In this document: positions 35,701 through 46,707 of the stretch, one piece after another
Position numbering within the stretch: the stretch's first letter is position 1
How the letters are laid out: each line of letters begins with the position of its first letter
Assembly (NCBI GenBank): GCA_000004985.1
Contig: GG738850.1
Length of the DNA stretch: 64,000 bases
Source of the DNA: Naegleria gruberi
Lineage: Eukaryota
Strand: one strand, 5' to 3'
Notes under the pieces: generated by a model
What the model saw: only the letters and a program-made list of their open reading frames with translations
The model's database searches: none
What the model was told of the DNA's origin: nothing
Made by a program: the position numbers and the translations under genes

Positions 35701-37017
35701 ATGAAAACTTCAATAAGAAAGGAAGCAAAATTTCCCGCCTCTTTCTTAACAAGTAGAAATCATCATCATCACCAACCCAAAGGAAAGGAAGAATTATCTT
35801 CAAGAAGCAAAAGACAACGAAGAATATCTGAGGGTAGTAATACTTATAATAATAATTGTATTCTTCAAATATCAACAGTATACAAGAAGAGTGAAGAACC
35901 TCCGCTCTTATTAACAAGCCTTTCGAGTGATCAATTACTTGCAGACAACGCAAAAAAGCCTGCAATTTCTTCATCATTAACAATTGAAAACAATTTGGAG
36001 GACAATATAATATCCAAATATAGTCATCAGGAAAATATTCAAGAAACCAGTAATAATCGTTCAACCCTTAATCATCAACAACCCATTGCAAGTTTGCATC
36101 ATCATCAAGAAGAAGAAGATCATTTCCAATTTTCATCAGCCTTGCAAAATCTCTCTCTTCCACAACCTCCTTATCAACAATATCAATATAATATTAATAA
36201 TAATATCAATAATAATATTGAAAATTCTCAACTATCAAATAGTGTATCATATTCAAATCAAGAAGAAGAATATCAACAACCAATACTTGTATTCACTTCA
36301 GCTTCACCTCCTGTAAATTTTCAATCTTTAGATCTGTATCATCAATATCAATATTATCATAATCAACAACAGAGATTAAGATCACAATCCTTACCACTTC
36401 CAAGACAGCAACATCGACAAGTAATTAAAACTTTTCAATTAACTTCAACTCTAGACGAAAGAAATATTCAACAATTTCAACAAGAACAAAAACTTCCAAC
36501 CCAATTACTACTACCTTTGAAAATCATGTCCAATACTACTGATACCCATTCGAATCTTGAAGTTATTCAACAACATGACAATTCATCAGTTTCGGTGAGT
36601 CCACTGTCGCCAATGCCTCTACTTGCAGATAGTGGAAATCTAGATAATTATAAGGATCAATTTATAGCAATTATAAAAGAGGGCTCTTCTGAATTGTTAG
36701 ATAGTGAGAAAGAATGCTTTGACATTCTTGGAACGTGCCCAAAATCTAATACGAAAGCTGCCTATTGGTATGGTAAATATGGTGGCCCATTCACATGGAA
36801 ATATACTGGTGTGCCAATAGACGATTTAGATTTGGTGTGTAGAATGCACGACCAGAGATTACCATTGAAATTTGTAAAGAAACTTGTAAATCTTATTCGA
36901 AAGCATTATGGAGACAAACAGTTAAGCAAAGATGCCCTGAGCTACATTAAAAAGATAGATGGCATAGGCTTTAGAATAATAGAACCAATTTACATGACAT
37001 TCTTTGGCTGTTTCTAA
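35701..37017 (+). CDS. Hypothetical Q/N/H-rich protein with C-terminal PLA2-like motif (YGKYGGPF...CRMHDQ).
   Basis: 438-aa ORF. The C-terminal ~120 aa carry a YxGxG ... HD pair reminiscent of the phospholipase A2 Ca-loop and catalytic dyad, but without the usual cysteines. Confidence 0.45.
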   Translation: MKTSIRKEAKFPASFLTSRNHHHHQPKGKEELSSRSKRQRRISEGSNTYNNNCILQISTVYKKSEEPPLLLTSLSSDQLLADNAKKPAISSSLTIENNLEDNIISKYSHQENIQETSNNRSTLNHQQPIASLHHHQEEEDHFQFSSALQNLSLPQPPYQQYQYNINNNINNNIENSQLSNSVSYSNQEEEYQQPILVFTSASPPVNFQSLDLYHQYQYYHNQQQRLRSQSLPLPRQQHRQVIKTFQLTSTLDERNIQQFQQEQKLPTQLLLPLKIMSNTTDTHSNLEVIQQHDNSSVSVSPLSPMPLLADSGNLDNYKDQFIAIIKEGSSELLDSEKECFDILGTCPKSNTKAAYWYGKYGGPFTWKYTGVPIDDLDLVCRMHDQRLPLKFVKKLVNLIRKHYGDKQLSKDALSYIKKIDGIGFRIIEPIYMTFFGCF

Positions 37018-37681
37018 CTTGAGCTCAATGTTTCGTCCTTGCATTATTCGAAACGAAACTATGAAACTTCCACAATAAATTCACAAGATCACTTGATAAA
37101 ATATCTTTCATTTGCCACTAAATGGAACCTTCTTATCAAAAACAAAATATGTCTGTACAGACAACTAACATGTTTCCAAATTTATAATTACATCATCCGT
37201 TGTTGGGAACTGAAGTTTGAGCAATCTCCCTGCACGTAAAACTTTCATAAAAAAATTGAAAGAATCATCATCAACAATCTCTCACTTGTTATTGTGTCAA
37301 GTTTCGAATACACATTCTATACAACAATCTATTATTCGAAACAATAGTATTGTATCACATTGTGTTCATCCAACAAGAAACAAAATCACTCACCACTCTA
37401 AAAAAAAACCGCCAATTTCGAACTGTAAATTTCCGTATTTTTTTCTCTTGTTGGAAAAATAGATAACTTCATCATCGAGCGCGAAAAAGATTTTACAATC
37501 AATTTTGTTGTACTTTGAAAAAGCATCTTTATCATCATTATATATTTTGGATATTATATTGGATCGGGAAGAAGGCTAAGATTCTACCTCTTTCTCTCTG
37601 ATCAATTTTTCATCTTCATATATTGAATTAATTTTTGCCTGAATGATTTTGTAATCCTCAATAATAATAATAATCAGAATT

Positions 37682-39850
37682 ATGGAAAATCCAGAACATT
37701 TAACTATTAATCGAATTAATAATAATAATAATAGAGGCTCATTGATGATGATGAGGGTAAATTCATCCCCATTATCGCCCAATACTACTACTGGCTCAAC
37801 AGCTTCAGCAACATCACCATCGACGACGTTGAACGATTCGAATTTATCTTTGGATGAACTTGATTCGTTAAGTAGTGCATCTTCGATGCATTCGAATACA
37901 ATACTATTGAATCAATTTGTGGCAGCCGCTTCTAAAAAGACAAGAAAGAGTAGACCTACTAGTAATGACAGTATTGATGGGTTACCTCAAATTGGAATTA
38001 CTAATGAATTTGGAAATGTAAAGAGAGTAGCAAGTCCTCAGGAGGATGAAGAAAGTTTTGTGATGAGTGATTCTTCAAAGAGTGGAATGACCAGTAATAC
38101 ATCGAGGTCTTCCTTCTCTTCAATGAATTCTTCATTCTTTGAGGAGTTGGAGGCACAATTTATGAATACATCGAGGTCAATACACTTGATTCATTTATTA
38201 TTGCATCCAGTGACAAAGGAATTATTCAGACAATACTGTATCAAGACGAGGGTTTGCGAGCTCTTTGATTGCCTGGAGGAAATTAGATTGTATTATGTGG
38301 CAATCGATACATTTAAAACACAATCTCATAAGAGAAAGATTGAGGAAATGAAACATTTACTCAACACGAATCAAAATTCTCCCAAGATCAGTGCCTCCTC
38401 TGAGAATATGTCTGTTTCTTCTAGTACTGATTCTCTTAAAAGGAAGAATAGAATGTCATTATCAGCGAGTGGTACCAAACTCTTTTCAAACAAACGTCAA
38501 TCAGTAGCTCTCCTCTTTAATAATAATAGTAATTTGATGGAATTATTGCAGGAGAAAATTCATCAGGATAAGAATATGGATGAGGAAATTTCATTTATGG
38601 GATTATTTTCACTTGGAACACAGGAAAAGGATCAAATTACAATAGAAGATATATCAAAAGAGGAGAGGGATTCCCTCAAGGAAAAGGCACAGAAAATATT
38701 CGACTCTTTTCTCTCTCCCAAATCAAATAGAGAAGTCAACATTGATAGCACACTCCGTTCTTCAATAGAGACCAACTTGAAAAATCTCGATTCAGACCAC
38801 TCTCTGTTTGAGAAACTTTATGAGGAATTACGTCTATTAATTCTAAGACAACTCAAAACTGACGTGTTGTTCAGGTTTGAAAAATCATCAGATTGGACCA
38901 CCTTCCTCTCTGATACTCATAATGTTTCAGTGGTGGAACAAGTTATGGATTATAGTAACTCTGTTTGGTCAGCCAATGCAGATTTTGGAGGATTTAAACG
39001 AATGACCAAGAGGGATTGTGTCAGAGATTATGTCAAAAAGGAAGACTTTTCATTCATGAAACATGTTTTATTTGCACCTCTTCCACATTGGAAAAATCTT
39101 ACAAATACCAAAGCAACCAATTCTCCCTTCTCAACATCCTACTCGAAGGGAAAGTACTTCATTGATCAAGAATCAATTCGATTGAAATTTGGATGTCTCA
39201 AAGAAACAGCCACTCTTCCTTTCAGTGCTGAGGAAGTTTTTGCAGCCATTCACTCTAAACTCTTCCAATCCATCACAGATGACACTCTCAATGTCGATGA
39301 CTCGATATTTTGTCTCAAGAGCTTCTCTCACCGTGTAGTAGAAGGTATTCTACCAACTGACATAAGCAAGTTTTCTTTCAATTTGCCAATTCCACTTTCA
39401 AATCAAAGAGGTTGTTATCAAGCTCACTCTACAATTTATGAACCAGAGTCGAAACGATATTATTATTTCAGCAAACCAATTCTATTCAATGAAAATTACT
39501 CTTTCGAAAAAGAGTCTGTACAGTGCTATTCATTCAATATGGTTTGTGTGGAAAAGGTTGATGACAGAAATTGTAAATACTACAGTGCTTTTATATCCAA
39601 CTTTGGAGGAATTTTGAAACACTTCTCCACCAAGGTTTTTAAGAGAATTGCTTGGAAACGATCGAGTCAAACTCGAAAGTCTATGATAGAAAAGCTCACT
39701 GAAAATCGAGATAGTTTATACAATAATACTAGAGATGGCTACGACACTTGTCTGGATAATCTCAAGAGGTATCAATCATGCTCCAATATTTCACTAGATT
39801 TCCCAAAAACCTTTTCAGAGTTTCAAGAACGATTTTGCAAATACTATTAA
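37682..39850 (+). CDS. RGS-domain protein (soluble; S/T-rich N-terminus; RGS domain split by a long insert).
   Basis: LLLHPVTKELFRQYCIKTRVCELFDCLEEIRLYY (RGS N-subdomain). ...AQKIFDSFLSPKSNREVNIDSTLRSSIETNL...LFEKLYEELRLLILRQLKTDVLFRFEKS (RGS C-subdomain). Confidence 0.65.
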   Translation: MENPEHLTINRINNNNNRGSLMMMRVNSSPLSPNTTTGSTASATSPSTTLNDSNLSLDELDSLSSASSMHSNTILLNQFVAAASKKTRKSRPTSNDSIDGLPQIGITNEFGNVKRVASPQEDEESFVMSDSSKSGMTSNTSRSSFSSMNSSFFEELEAQFMNTSRSIHLIHLLLHPVTKELFRQYCIKTRVCELFDCLEEIRLYYVAIDTFKTQSHKRKIEEMKHLLNTNQNSPKISASSENMSVSSSTDSLKRKNRMSLSASGTKLFSNKRQSVALLFNNNSNLMELLQEKIHQDKNMDEEISFMGLFSLGTQEKDQITIEDISKEERDSLKEKAQKIFDSFLSPKSNREVNIDSTLRSSIETNLKNLDSDHSLFEKLYEELRLLILRQLKTDVLFRFEKSSDWTTFLSDTHNVSVVEQVMDYSNSVWSANADFGGFKRMTKRDCVRDYVKKEDFSFMKHVLFAPLPHWKNLTNTKATNSPFSTSYSKGKYFIDQESIRLKFGCLKETATLPFSAEEVFAAIHSKLFQSITDDTLNVDDSIFCLKSFSHRVVEGILPTDISKFSFNLPIPLSNQRGCYQAHSTIYEPESKRYYYFSKPILFNENYSFEKESVQCYSFNMVCVEKVDDRNCKYYSAFISNFGGILKHFSTKVFKRIAWKRSSQTRKSMIEKLTENRDSLYNNTRDGYDTCLDNLKRYQSCSNISLDFPKTFSEFQERFCKYY

Positions 39851-40911
39851 AAATCCAACAATCTTCCAAAATCATGAATTCTTCTTACAAGCAGAGCCAT
39901 CAAGGATCTTCCTCTCATGAACACAGATGTATCGTTTTGACAATTTGAAATGATGAGATATCTATTATCTGCCACAGTTGCCAAGAGTCTGAACTCTTCG
40001 TCTCCAACATTAAAAGTAGCTCTCCACACTGAATATTGATCGTAGCCCTTCTTTAGGAGCATTAAAACCATTTCCTTCTCTTCTGGAATTGTACATTCAT
40101 GACCAAGAAGTGTTACTGTTGCAGGAGAATTTCCCTCGTGTGGTCTTAGATGTATTGTATTGAATAACTTGGTAAGATCTTCTTCGGAGGGTATTTGTTT
40201 CTCCTCTTCTGCATTTAATGGTTTTGGCCAATAGCCTAAAATTGCATGTTCCTTAGAATCGAATATGAGAGCTTGCTTAGCTCCACTAAAATCACCTGAT
40301 TTGATCAAGTGATTCTTGAGGAAGATTGGATATCTTGAATGAGCTTTGGCATCATATTGGTCTACAGAAAATGACTTTTCCAAAGTTAATTTTACACTCA
40401 CTGCCTCATTAGGATTAGAAACAAGTTTTGGATCACCATCTTCTGCTCTTCCCAAGAAAACATGAGGTCTCACATCATTTCCATCACCAATTCTAAATAT
40501 CAAATCTTCAGTATTTGAGAGATTGATATCTTCTGAACAATTTTCAAAAGGCTTTGATCTCCTCACAATATAAACTTCCTCCTCTCCCTTAGCACAAACA
40601 TAATCATGAACACAATCCAAAGTATGTCCTTGTTGCCCTGCAACAACCATAAAATCTTCCGATCGTATCTCCCTAAAGCAAACAGCTTCTCCATACCTAA
40701 CACTTCTCAAGCCATCAGAAAGCAAGCCTCCAGGCAAGGTGATAGAAAAGCACAAACCCTTAAAGTTGATGGTATCATAACGTTCAAAGAAATACAACTG
40801 CTCGCCTCCCTTACCAAATACAAAATCATTTCCTAGGTTTGGTTCCTTACCGGGAGCTTCAAAGAATTTGAGATGGACACTTGAGCCAATTAAGAGTTCT
40901 TGTGGAGACAT
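39847..40911 (-). CDS. Conserved-looking hypothetical protein (354 aa).
   Basis: Long ORF; its 3' end overlaps the stop of the upstream RGS gene by 4 bp (convergent). Confidence 0.5.
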   Translation of the reverse strand: MSPQELLIGSSVHLKFFEAPGKEPNLGNDFVFGKGGEQLYFFERYDTINFKGLCFSITLPGGLLSDGLRSVRYGEAVCFREIRSEDFMVVAGQQGHTLDCVHDYVCAKGEEEVYIVRRSKPFENCSEDINLSNTEDLIFRIGDGNDVRPHVFLGRAEDGDPKLVSNPNEAVSVKLTLEKSFSVDQYDAKAHSRYPIFLKNHLIKSGDFSGAKQALIFDSKEHAILGYWPKPLNAEEEKQIPSEEDLTKLFNTIHLRPHEGNSPATVTLLGHECTIPEEKEMVLMLLKKGYDQYSVWRATFNVGDEEFRLLATVADNRYLIISNCQNDTSVFMRGRSLMALLVRRIHDFGRLLDF

Positions 40912-41101
40912 TTTTTTTAAAGTTTAATAAAGAAGTTTTCCCGCCAAAATCGTAAATCAACAAAATATTTAAAGAGATTTCTATCTGCCTAGTAATAATA
41001 AATTCTTGTAAAATCCCACTAAAATTGAATTTCAAACAATTAAACTCAATTTCCTCCTCGTTTATTACATGGTTTCATTAGTTTCGAAAAATCAATGTAA
41101 A

Positions 41102-41175
41102 GCCGTCATAGCTCAGTTGGATAGAGCACAGGACTTCTAATCCTGGGGTCGTGGGTTCGAGCCCCATTGTCGGTA
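41102..41175 (+). tRNA. tRNA-Arg (anticodon UCU).
   Basis: Cloverleaf is GCCGTCA/TA/GCTC-AGTTGGATA-GAGC/A/CAGGA-CTTCTAA-TCCTG/GGGTC/GTGGG-TTCGAGC-CCCAT/TGTCGGT/A. A-box TAGCTCAGTTGG and B-box GGTTCGAGCC. One T-T mismatch in the acceptor stem. Confidence 0.85.
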
Positions 41176-41180
41176 TCTGA

Positions 41181-41185
41181 TTTTT
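41181..41185 (+). terminator. Pol III terminator T-run downstream of tRNA-Arg.
   Basis: TTTTT 6 nt after the tRNA 3' end. Confidence 0.5.
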
Positions 41186-41482
41186 GTGCATTTGTTTTTA
41201 AGTTTTCAAAATATCTTATTATTTTAATTTCTTTTTCATATGATTATTATTCAACTTCACTAATATTGAGTGGTTCTAGCCATTATTAGCCAATTTTTTC
41301 TTTTTTTTATGAAAGAAACAAGAAGCAGCATGGAAGCTAACAAAAGGATTCCTCTCCAGTTGGTTTCCAATATTAGTTCGCCCAACTGTTCTTCACCCAT
41401 AAGACACCAAAGGTTACCTTTAATGAGTGTTCAATAATAAGGGCTTAGGTTCGTTCTCTTCTCATAAAAAGATGTTAAACAA

Positions 41483-43255
41483 ATGCTTAGCCAAGCAGCT
41501 TTGAAAAAAACAATGCAACTCAATTACCTTTTGTTTGGAAAGCAAAGTGGTGTTGACTTGCATCCACTCAAAGTTGTTACCAGCGATGGTTTCATTCAGT
41601 TTAATTCTGCATCACTTTCTAATAACAATGCTCATCATTCGAATAGACTATTCTTCTCTTCACTCAACAAAACCAGAATAATAGTTTCAATTCTAATAGT
41701 TGTCATCCTCTTTATTCTTCTGAGACACTTCACCTCTCCAAAACATCAACAACATGCCATCTTTCTAGAGTTTGCCAAATTATTAACAAATCCTTCAAAC
41801 TCAATTGACCAAACCAGAGAAGGAACCTACGCTTGGTACAGGTACCAGTTAGAAAAGAACAATAGATTGGGTAACACACTCTTCAAAGACCCAATCATGA
41901 CAAGATTAGGTTTCCAGTCAACCTCCACAACAAGTAAAGAGTTGTTTCACTACTTTCGAACATTTAAAACCAAAGAAAAGTGTTCGAAACAACATACATG
42001 TAAAATTTATGCAGACAAGACAGCTGGTGAGTTCTTAGAAGAAGGTGTACCATTGGATGCTGTTCTTCATCATTGTTTCTATGGAGAACCTTTCTTTTTG
42101 AATTCACTATTGGATGAAGCATCAATTGTGAAGGAATTTCAACATGAAATTGTGGATTCGAATGGAAAATTGAAACGAAACGAAATGTTTACTCATGCGC
42201 AGGATATTCTATTACATTCCCATAGGATGGACGAAAGCCAAGGCGAGAAAATGTGGAGAGGAATGAGAAGATTGTCACTTCTCATGTGCAGTGAAGCTGT
42301 CGTTGTGAATCAACTTGAAAAATTATCACAAAATCCAAATTCACTCCTTCCTCAAATGTCAATGGAAAAATTTGCCCAGTCAACTGCAGATATCTCAATT
42401 TGTTTTCTTTCTACATGCTCTGTTTGGGTTAATTATCAATATAATTACATGTCTCTTTCAAATTCTGATAAATTTGGTACGAAACCCTTCTCCAAAAATA
42501 AGGGAATTTGCTCCTTCATTTCCAATTGTGATAGAGGAGGAACAGAACTCAAACAACGTTATGAACTATTGCAATATCTTTCCAAGTACATTCCAGTGAA
42601 ACAATTTGGCAAATGTGGCAAGAATTCACAAGAAGGAAAAGGCGGGAAACCTTTCGAATTGGAAAATAATTGTCGATTCTATTATGCAGCTGAGAATTCC
42701 ATTACAAAAGATTATGTCACTGAGAAATTCTTTGAAGGAATCAAAGCACTGGAAAATGGAGCTAGAATGATCATGTTGTATCGTGGGGCTCCAAATTTGA
42801 GAATTGATTTCGGATTTCCAAAGAGTTTGTTTATTGACCAATCGGATTTCCAATCTGTTGATGAATTGGGAAGATTTTTGAAGAAACTAAATGAAGATGA
42901 TCAAGCATTTGAGGAATATTTCAATAGAATGATTATTCAGGAAAGAAGCAAAGTCGATAGTGCACTTGCTGGTTTCGAATATCGTTTAGGTTCGAATATT
43001 CCATGTAGAATTTGTAAGATAATAGGACAAATGAAATTGGCAAGATATCTATTATTCAAAATTGGATTCCAATCAACAAATAGACCAAAAATTAATTTGA
43101 AAGAATGGAATAATTTCAAATATCAAAGATTTTCATCTTTTTCAGCCGAACGATTGAAAATTCTTGATGAAATTTATTATTATGGATACGAAATCTTTCA
43201 TAAGGAGAATAACAATCAGAATGAGTTTGGTCGTGGTTGGAACTTTGATAATTAA
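41483..43255 (+). CDS. Alpha-1,3-fucosyltransferase (GT10 family), type II membrane protein.
   Basis: TM IIVSILIVVILFILL. GT10 motifs ...CSFISNCDRGGTELKQRYELLQYLSKYIPVKQFGKCG... and RFYYAAENSITKDYVTEKFFEG (compare FUT YKFYLAFENS...DYITEK). Confidence 0.75.
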   Translation: MLSQAALKKTMQLNYLLFGKQSGVDLHPLKVVTSDGFIQFNSASLSNNNAHHSNRLFFSSLNKTRIIVSILIVVILFILLRHFTSPKHQQHAIFLEFAKLLTNPSNSIDQTREGTYAWYRYQLEKNNRLGNTLFKDPIMTRLGFQSTSTTSKELFHYFRTFKTKEKCSKQHTCKIYADKTAGEFLEEGVPLDAVLHHCFYGEPFFLNSLLDEASIVKEFQHEIVDSNGKLKRNEMFTHAQDILLHSHRMDESQGEKMWRGMRRLSLLMCSEAVVVNQLEKLSQNPNSLLPQMSMEKFAQSTADISICFLSTCSVWVNYQYNYMSLSNSDKFGTKPFSKNKGICSFISNCDRGGTELKQRYELLQYLSKYIPVKQFGKCGKNSQEGKGGKPFELENNCRFYYAAENSITKDYVTEKFFEGIKALENGARMIMLYRGAPNLRIDFGFPKSLFIDQSDFQSVDELGRFLKKLNEDDQAFEEYFNRMIIQERSKVDSALAGFEYRLGSNIPCRICKIIGQMKLARYLLFKIGFQSTNRPKINLKEWNNFKYQRFSSFSAERLKILDEIYYYGYEIFHKENNNQNEFGRGWNFDN

Positions 43256-43301
43256 AGTTTAGTATTAACTATTTCACAAACGAAAGCTCAATAATATTAA
43301 T

Positions 43302-45011
43302 TCAGATTACGTTTGCTTTCGAAATTTGTGTTACACTTTCTAATCTTGTCAATGTTTGAAAATCAACTCGTCCCTCTCTTTCTCTCCACTCCTCCAATAC
43401 TATTCGAATCTTTTCATTCGACTGCCTCAATCGCTCTAAAACATCCTTCAAAGTGAGAAGAGTTTGAATTTGAACCTCCTCAAACAATTCATCAGATAAT
43501 TCATCATCACACATGGCACTATTAATTTTCAGCAAGATATCCTCCCTAATTGCATTCATATTTGGTAAATTCAATTCGTACACTCCTCCAGGTGTCAAGT
43601 AACAATTGATTATTTCCAGAGCCACTAATTTCCTCTTCTTAAAGTTATTGGCCTGTTTAAACTTGGAAATGTCCTTGTATACGAGAACTCCTTCAGGACA
43701 GAATGATCTCCTCGAATATTCCAATAACATTTCACAAGTTTCATTCTTATTGAGAATGAACTCCAATTCATTACTAAATATTTCAACTTTTCTCAAATCT
43801 TTTGCAATGGCATACAGAACTGGTAAGGTCACCGTTATGAAAATCTCAATCGTACAATACGAAACCATAACCAATCCTGATGGAAACACATGATCAATCA
43901 TTTTGAAGAAATCCATAGCCAAACACGTATAAATAATAGCTGCACTAATTTGAAGAACCATTGTAACAATAGTCTCCACTTTGATATAGTAGGTATCCTT
44001 TTCAGTTTTCAACAACCAAAAGAACGCAAACAGTTCAATTGCTATGTAAATCACATATAGAATGAGGATGGTTATGGTGGTTGGAAATAATGTGTAACAA
44101 CCTCTTAGGGAGATCATGGCAGCTTCTTGCATGATAAATCTTGCATTTGAAAAGAAAGATTCCTCAATCACTGCAAAAACAAACCAAATCAAAGTTTGAA
44201 TTCCGTAAATGGTAATAAATATAAAAATTGACCACTTTTTTGAATGTACTATATAATGTGCCTTTCTAAGTAAGAGTTCTCTCTTGTCAATATTATTGTG
44301 TAAATCCAAATATTGTTTAAATTCCTTCAGTTTCTGTTGAGGTACTGAGATTAGTCCAGTTGGACTTGTAGGTGAACTTGTGAGCGAAGATGGACTAGTT
44401 GGAGATCGTGATAGACTTTCCACCGAAGGTATACTATTCAATTCTTCATTATTCCTATTCGATTCCTTACAATTTTCATCCAGTTCATTTTTTCTCAATT
44501 CATTTTCCTTAAAATTTTGAGCTTTAAACCAATTTACTCTCCACTGTGTATAAACTCTCACATTTCTCAAAGTATTTGGTACTGTATAACTTGCTGGCAT
44601 TACAAAAAACATTAAACTATAAACTAAACATGGAAACAAATCTCTGCCAATCATGTATCTCAACGAATAAACACTCACTATTGAAATACTCGATGCAATT
44701 GTGAAATACATGCCTGCTGTTGATCGTGCAATGATGTGAGTCGAATTTCTCTTCCATATGAACCCAAAAATTGAAAGAGTCACTAAGCAAATGTAAAATA
44801 CGAAAGCAAACCCTGCAAGAATGGGAACCGAAATGGCATCCGGGCATTGGTTAGGAATGTTTCGTTGTCGAGGGACAAGAGTAAGGGAAAGTAACCATGA
44901 TTCGCATTCTGTAGCATTGCTGTTGTTTATAATTGTATTATTGGTTTGTTGCCTTGTAGAATTGATTTCGTATATTGTTTCTAATAATTTGCTTGCATGT
45001 TGATTCATCAT
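43302..45011 (-). CDS. Seven-transmembrane receptor-like protein with C-terminal RGS domain (7TM-RGS).
   Basis: Seven hydrophobic segments (ISVPILAGFAFVFYICLVTLSIFGFIW ... GLVMVSYCTIEIFITVTLPVLYAIA). Then CEMLLEYSRRSFCPEGVLVYKDISKFKQ...LVALEIINCYLTPGGVYELNL...ELFEEVQIQTLLTLKDVLERLRQS (RGS). Confidence 0.7.
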   Translation of the reverse strand: MMNQHASKLLETIYEINSTRQQTNNTIINNSNATECESWLLSLTLVPRQRNIPNQCPDAISVPILAGFAFVFYICLVTLSIFGFIWKRNSTHIIARSTAGMYFTIASSISIVSVYSLRYMIGRDLFPCLVYSLMFFVMPASYTVPNTLRNVRVYTQWRVNWFKAQNFKENELRKNELDENCKESNRNNEELNSIPSVESLSRSPTSPSSLTSSPTSPTGLISVPQQKLKEFKQYLDLHNNIDKRELLLRKAHYIVHSKKWSIFIFITIYGIQTLIWFVFAVIEESFFSNARFIMQEAAMISLRGCYTLFPTTITILILYVIYIAIELFAFFWLLKTEKDTYYIKVETIVTMVLQISAAIIYTCLAMDFFKMIDHVFPSGLVMVSYCTIEIFITVTLPVLYAIAKDLRKVEIFSNELEFILNKNETCEMLLEYSRRSFCPEGVLVYKDISKFKQANNFKKRKLVALEIINCYLTPGGVYELNLPNMNAIREDILLKINSAMCDDELSDELFEEVQIQTLLTLKDVLERLRQSNEKIRIVLEEWREREGRVDFQTLTRLESVTQISKANVI

Positions 45012-45164
45012 TCAAGAGATGTTGTCGTATTTTATTTTAAACTTATGATATCATTGATAGTATATCTCTAAGCTTCCAATAAAAAAGGAGTCTGATTTAC
45101 TCCATCAAGAAACACATCAATTCACGTAATGAGTTTTTGACGTTTTTATCTCTTATTCGAAACA

Positions 45165-46467
45165 TTGAAAAAAATGTTTCCACATTCACCCTCAAAAACA
45201 GTCATGGCCATGATTCAAGGGGGTGATTTAAAGCCAAAGAGTCCTCCTCCATCAACGTTAAGAGGTTTAGTTTCTAATAATTTTGAAAATGAAGTTCAGG
45301 AGGTCACTGCAAAATTCATTCAATCTTTGCAAGTTATTCGAAATGAAACTATTGAGCAAGCTAAACAGCAAATTGAAGTGGAGAGACAAGAATTGGAAAT
45401 GGAAAAGAAAGAATGGGAAATGGAAAAGGAAAGATTATTGAAAATGAATCCAATTCAAGATGAAATTGTTTATTTAGATGTTGGCGGGAAATTGTTTACA
45501 ACAAGTATTCAAACTTTAAAGAATTGTTATCCAATTCTGGATTGGAAAGTGAATTGAAAGGTAATTTCTTTACCAGTATGTTTTATGGAAGGTTTTCCTT
45601 ATCAAAAACGAATGAGGGAAGAATTTTCATTGATAGAGATGGTCAACTCTTTGAATATATTATGGAATACTTGAGGAATGGTGAAATTCTATTGGATGAT
45701 AACTTGCCAGAGCATCAAATATTGAAAAAGAAGATTCTGAGAGAGGCTATGTTTTATAGAATGGAAGATTTGATTATTTATCTGAGTGGAGATTCATCAC
45801 AGCTTGATTCGAATAACTTGAAAATTGTGGAAGTGAACCAAAAATTTAAGTATGTGAGTGATTTTGATGAGAATGGGTTGTTTTATTGGATTGGAAAGAA
45901 GCATTCTCAAAGAACAAAGAAAGATTCTTGGTCAAATCCGTATGAAGGTAAGTGTGAAAATTAACAATTTGTAAAAACTTCAAATTCTTCTTGCAGCTGG
46001 ATTGGTAAATATCATAACAGATGCCAATTATTACTGTGTGCCAATTCGGGGTGATTTAAATTCCAATAATTTGGCCTATATATTTGAAAGACAAAGTGTC
46101 AAATTCAACCATTGCCTCAGCAATTGGTTCTTCATTTGTAATTGACTTGAAAACATTTGAATTTCAGCTTGAAAGAGTGACCCTATCATGTAATTATATG
46201 CCAGCTCACTGGTTTAGAGAGATTACAATAGGAGGATCAAACGATGGTGTAGTTTGGAAGTATGCTCGATTGAGGAGAGTTTCGTCCACCTTATTAGATT
46301 CCTCTACTTTAGATTCTCAACCAATTAAGAACTGGATCATCGAACCAAGTTCAAATACGGAGTCAGCCTTCAGTTACAGATATTTCAACATTCGTTCATT
46401 GTCTCAATCACAAACACTCCTCTCCTCCATTGAATTTTATGGAAAGATTACTACAGTATTACAGTAA
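45165..46467 (+). CDS. BTB/POZ (KCTD T1-type) plus C-terminal galactose-binding/DOC-like domain gene. The reading frame is discontinuous (apparent +1 shift near 45530, a GTAAGT intron at 45948..45996 and another frame change near 46050). It may be a pseudogene or contain sequence errors.
   Basis: VYLDVGGKLFTTSIQTLKNCYP (frame 1), then NSGLESELKGNFFTSMFYGRFSLSKTNEGRIFIDRDGQLFEYIMEYLRNGEILL (frame 2) together form a KCTD-type BTB. Downstream is ...SSFVIDLKTFEFQLERVTLSCNYMPAHWFREITIGGSNDGVVWKY...IEFYG. Confidence 0.4.
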
Positions 46468-46707
46468 CTACGCCTCCAACTAACTTCCAACTTACTTCCA
46501 TTACAATAAAAATCCAAGTATTAACAATGTCATCAACAGCCCTTCACAAAACCACCCCCAAAATACATCCTCTCTATATTATCGAACTTTCCATTTGATT
46601 TCCTCAACAATTCACTTCACACAAAGCCTCCTCTCAACTCGATGTCAAATCCAATAAATATCCACCAACAAAAACCTCAATTTCAAAAAATATCCGATTA
46701 AAAAAAA

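Noticed and set aside
45537-45575. A 16-29-nt intron to join the two KCTD BTB frames
   Set aside because: It is far shorter than any other intron here (minimum about 42 bp). It does not produce a sensible BTB sequence. A 1-nt indel fits better.
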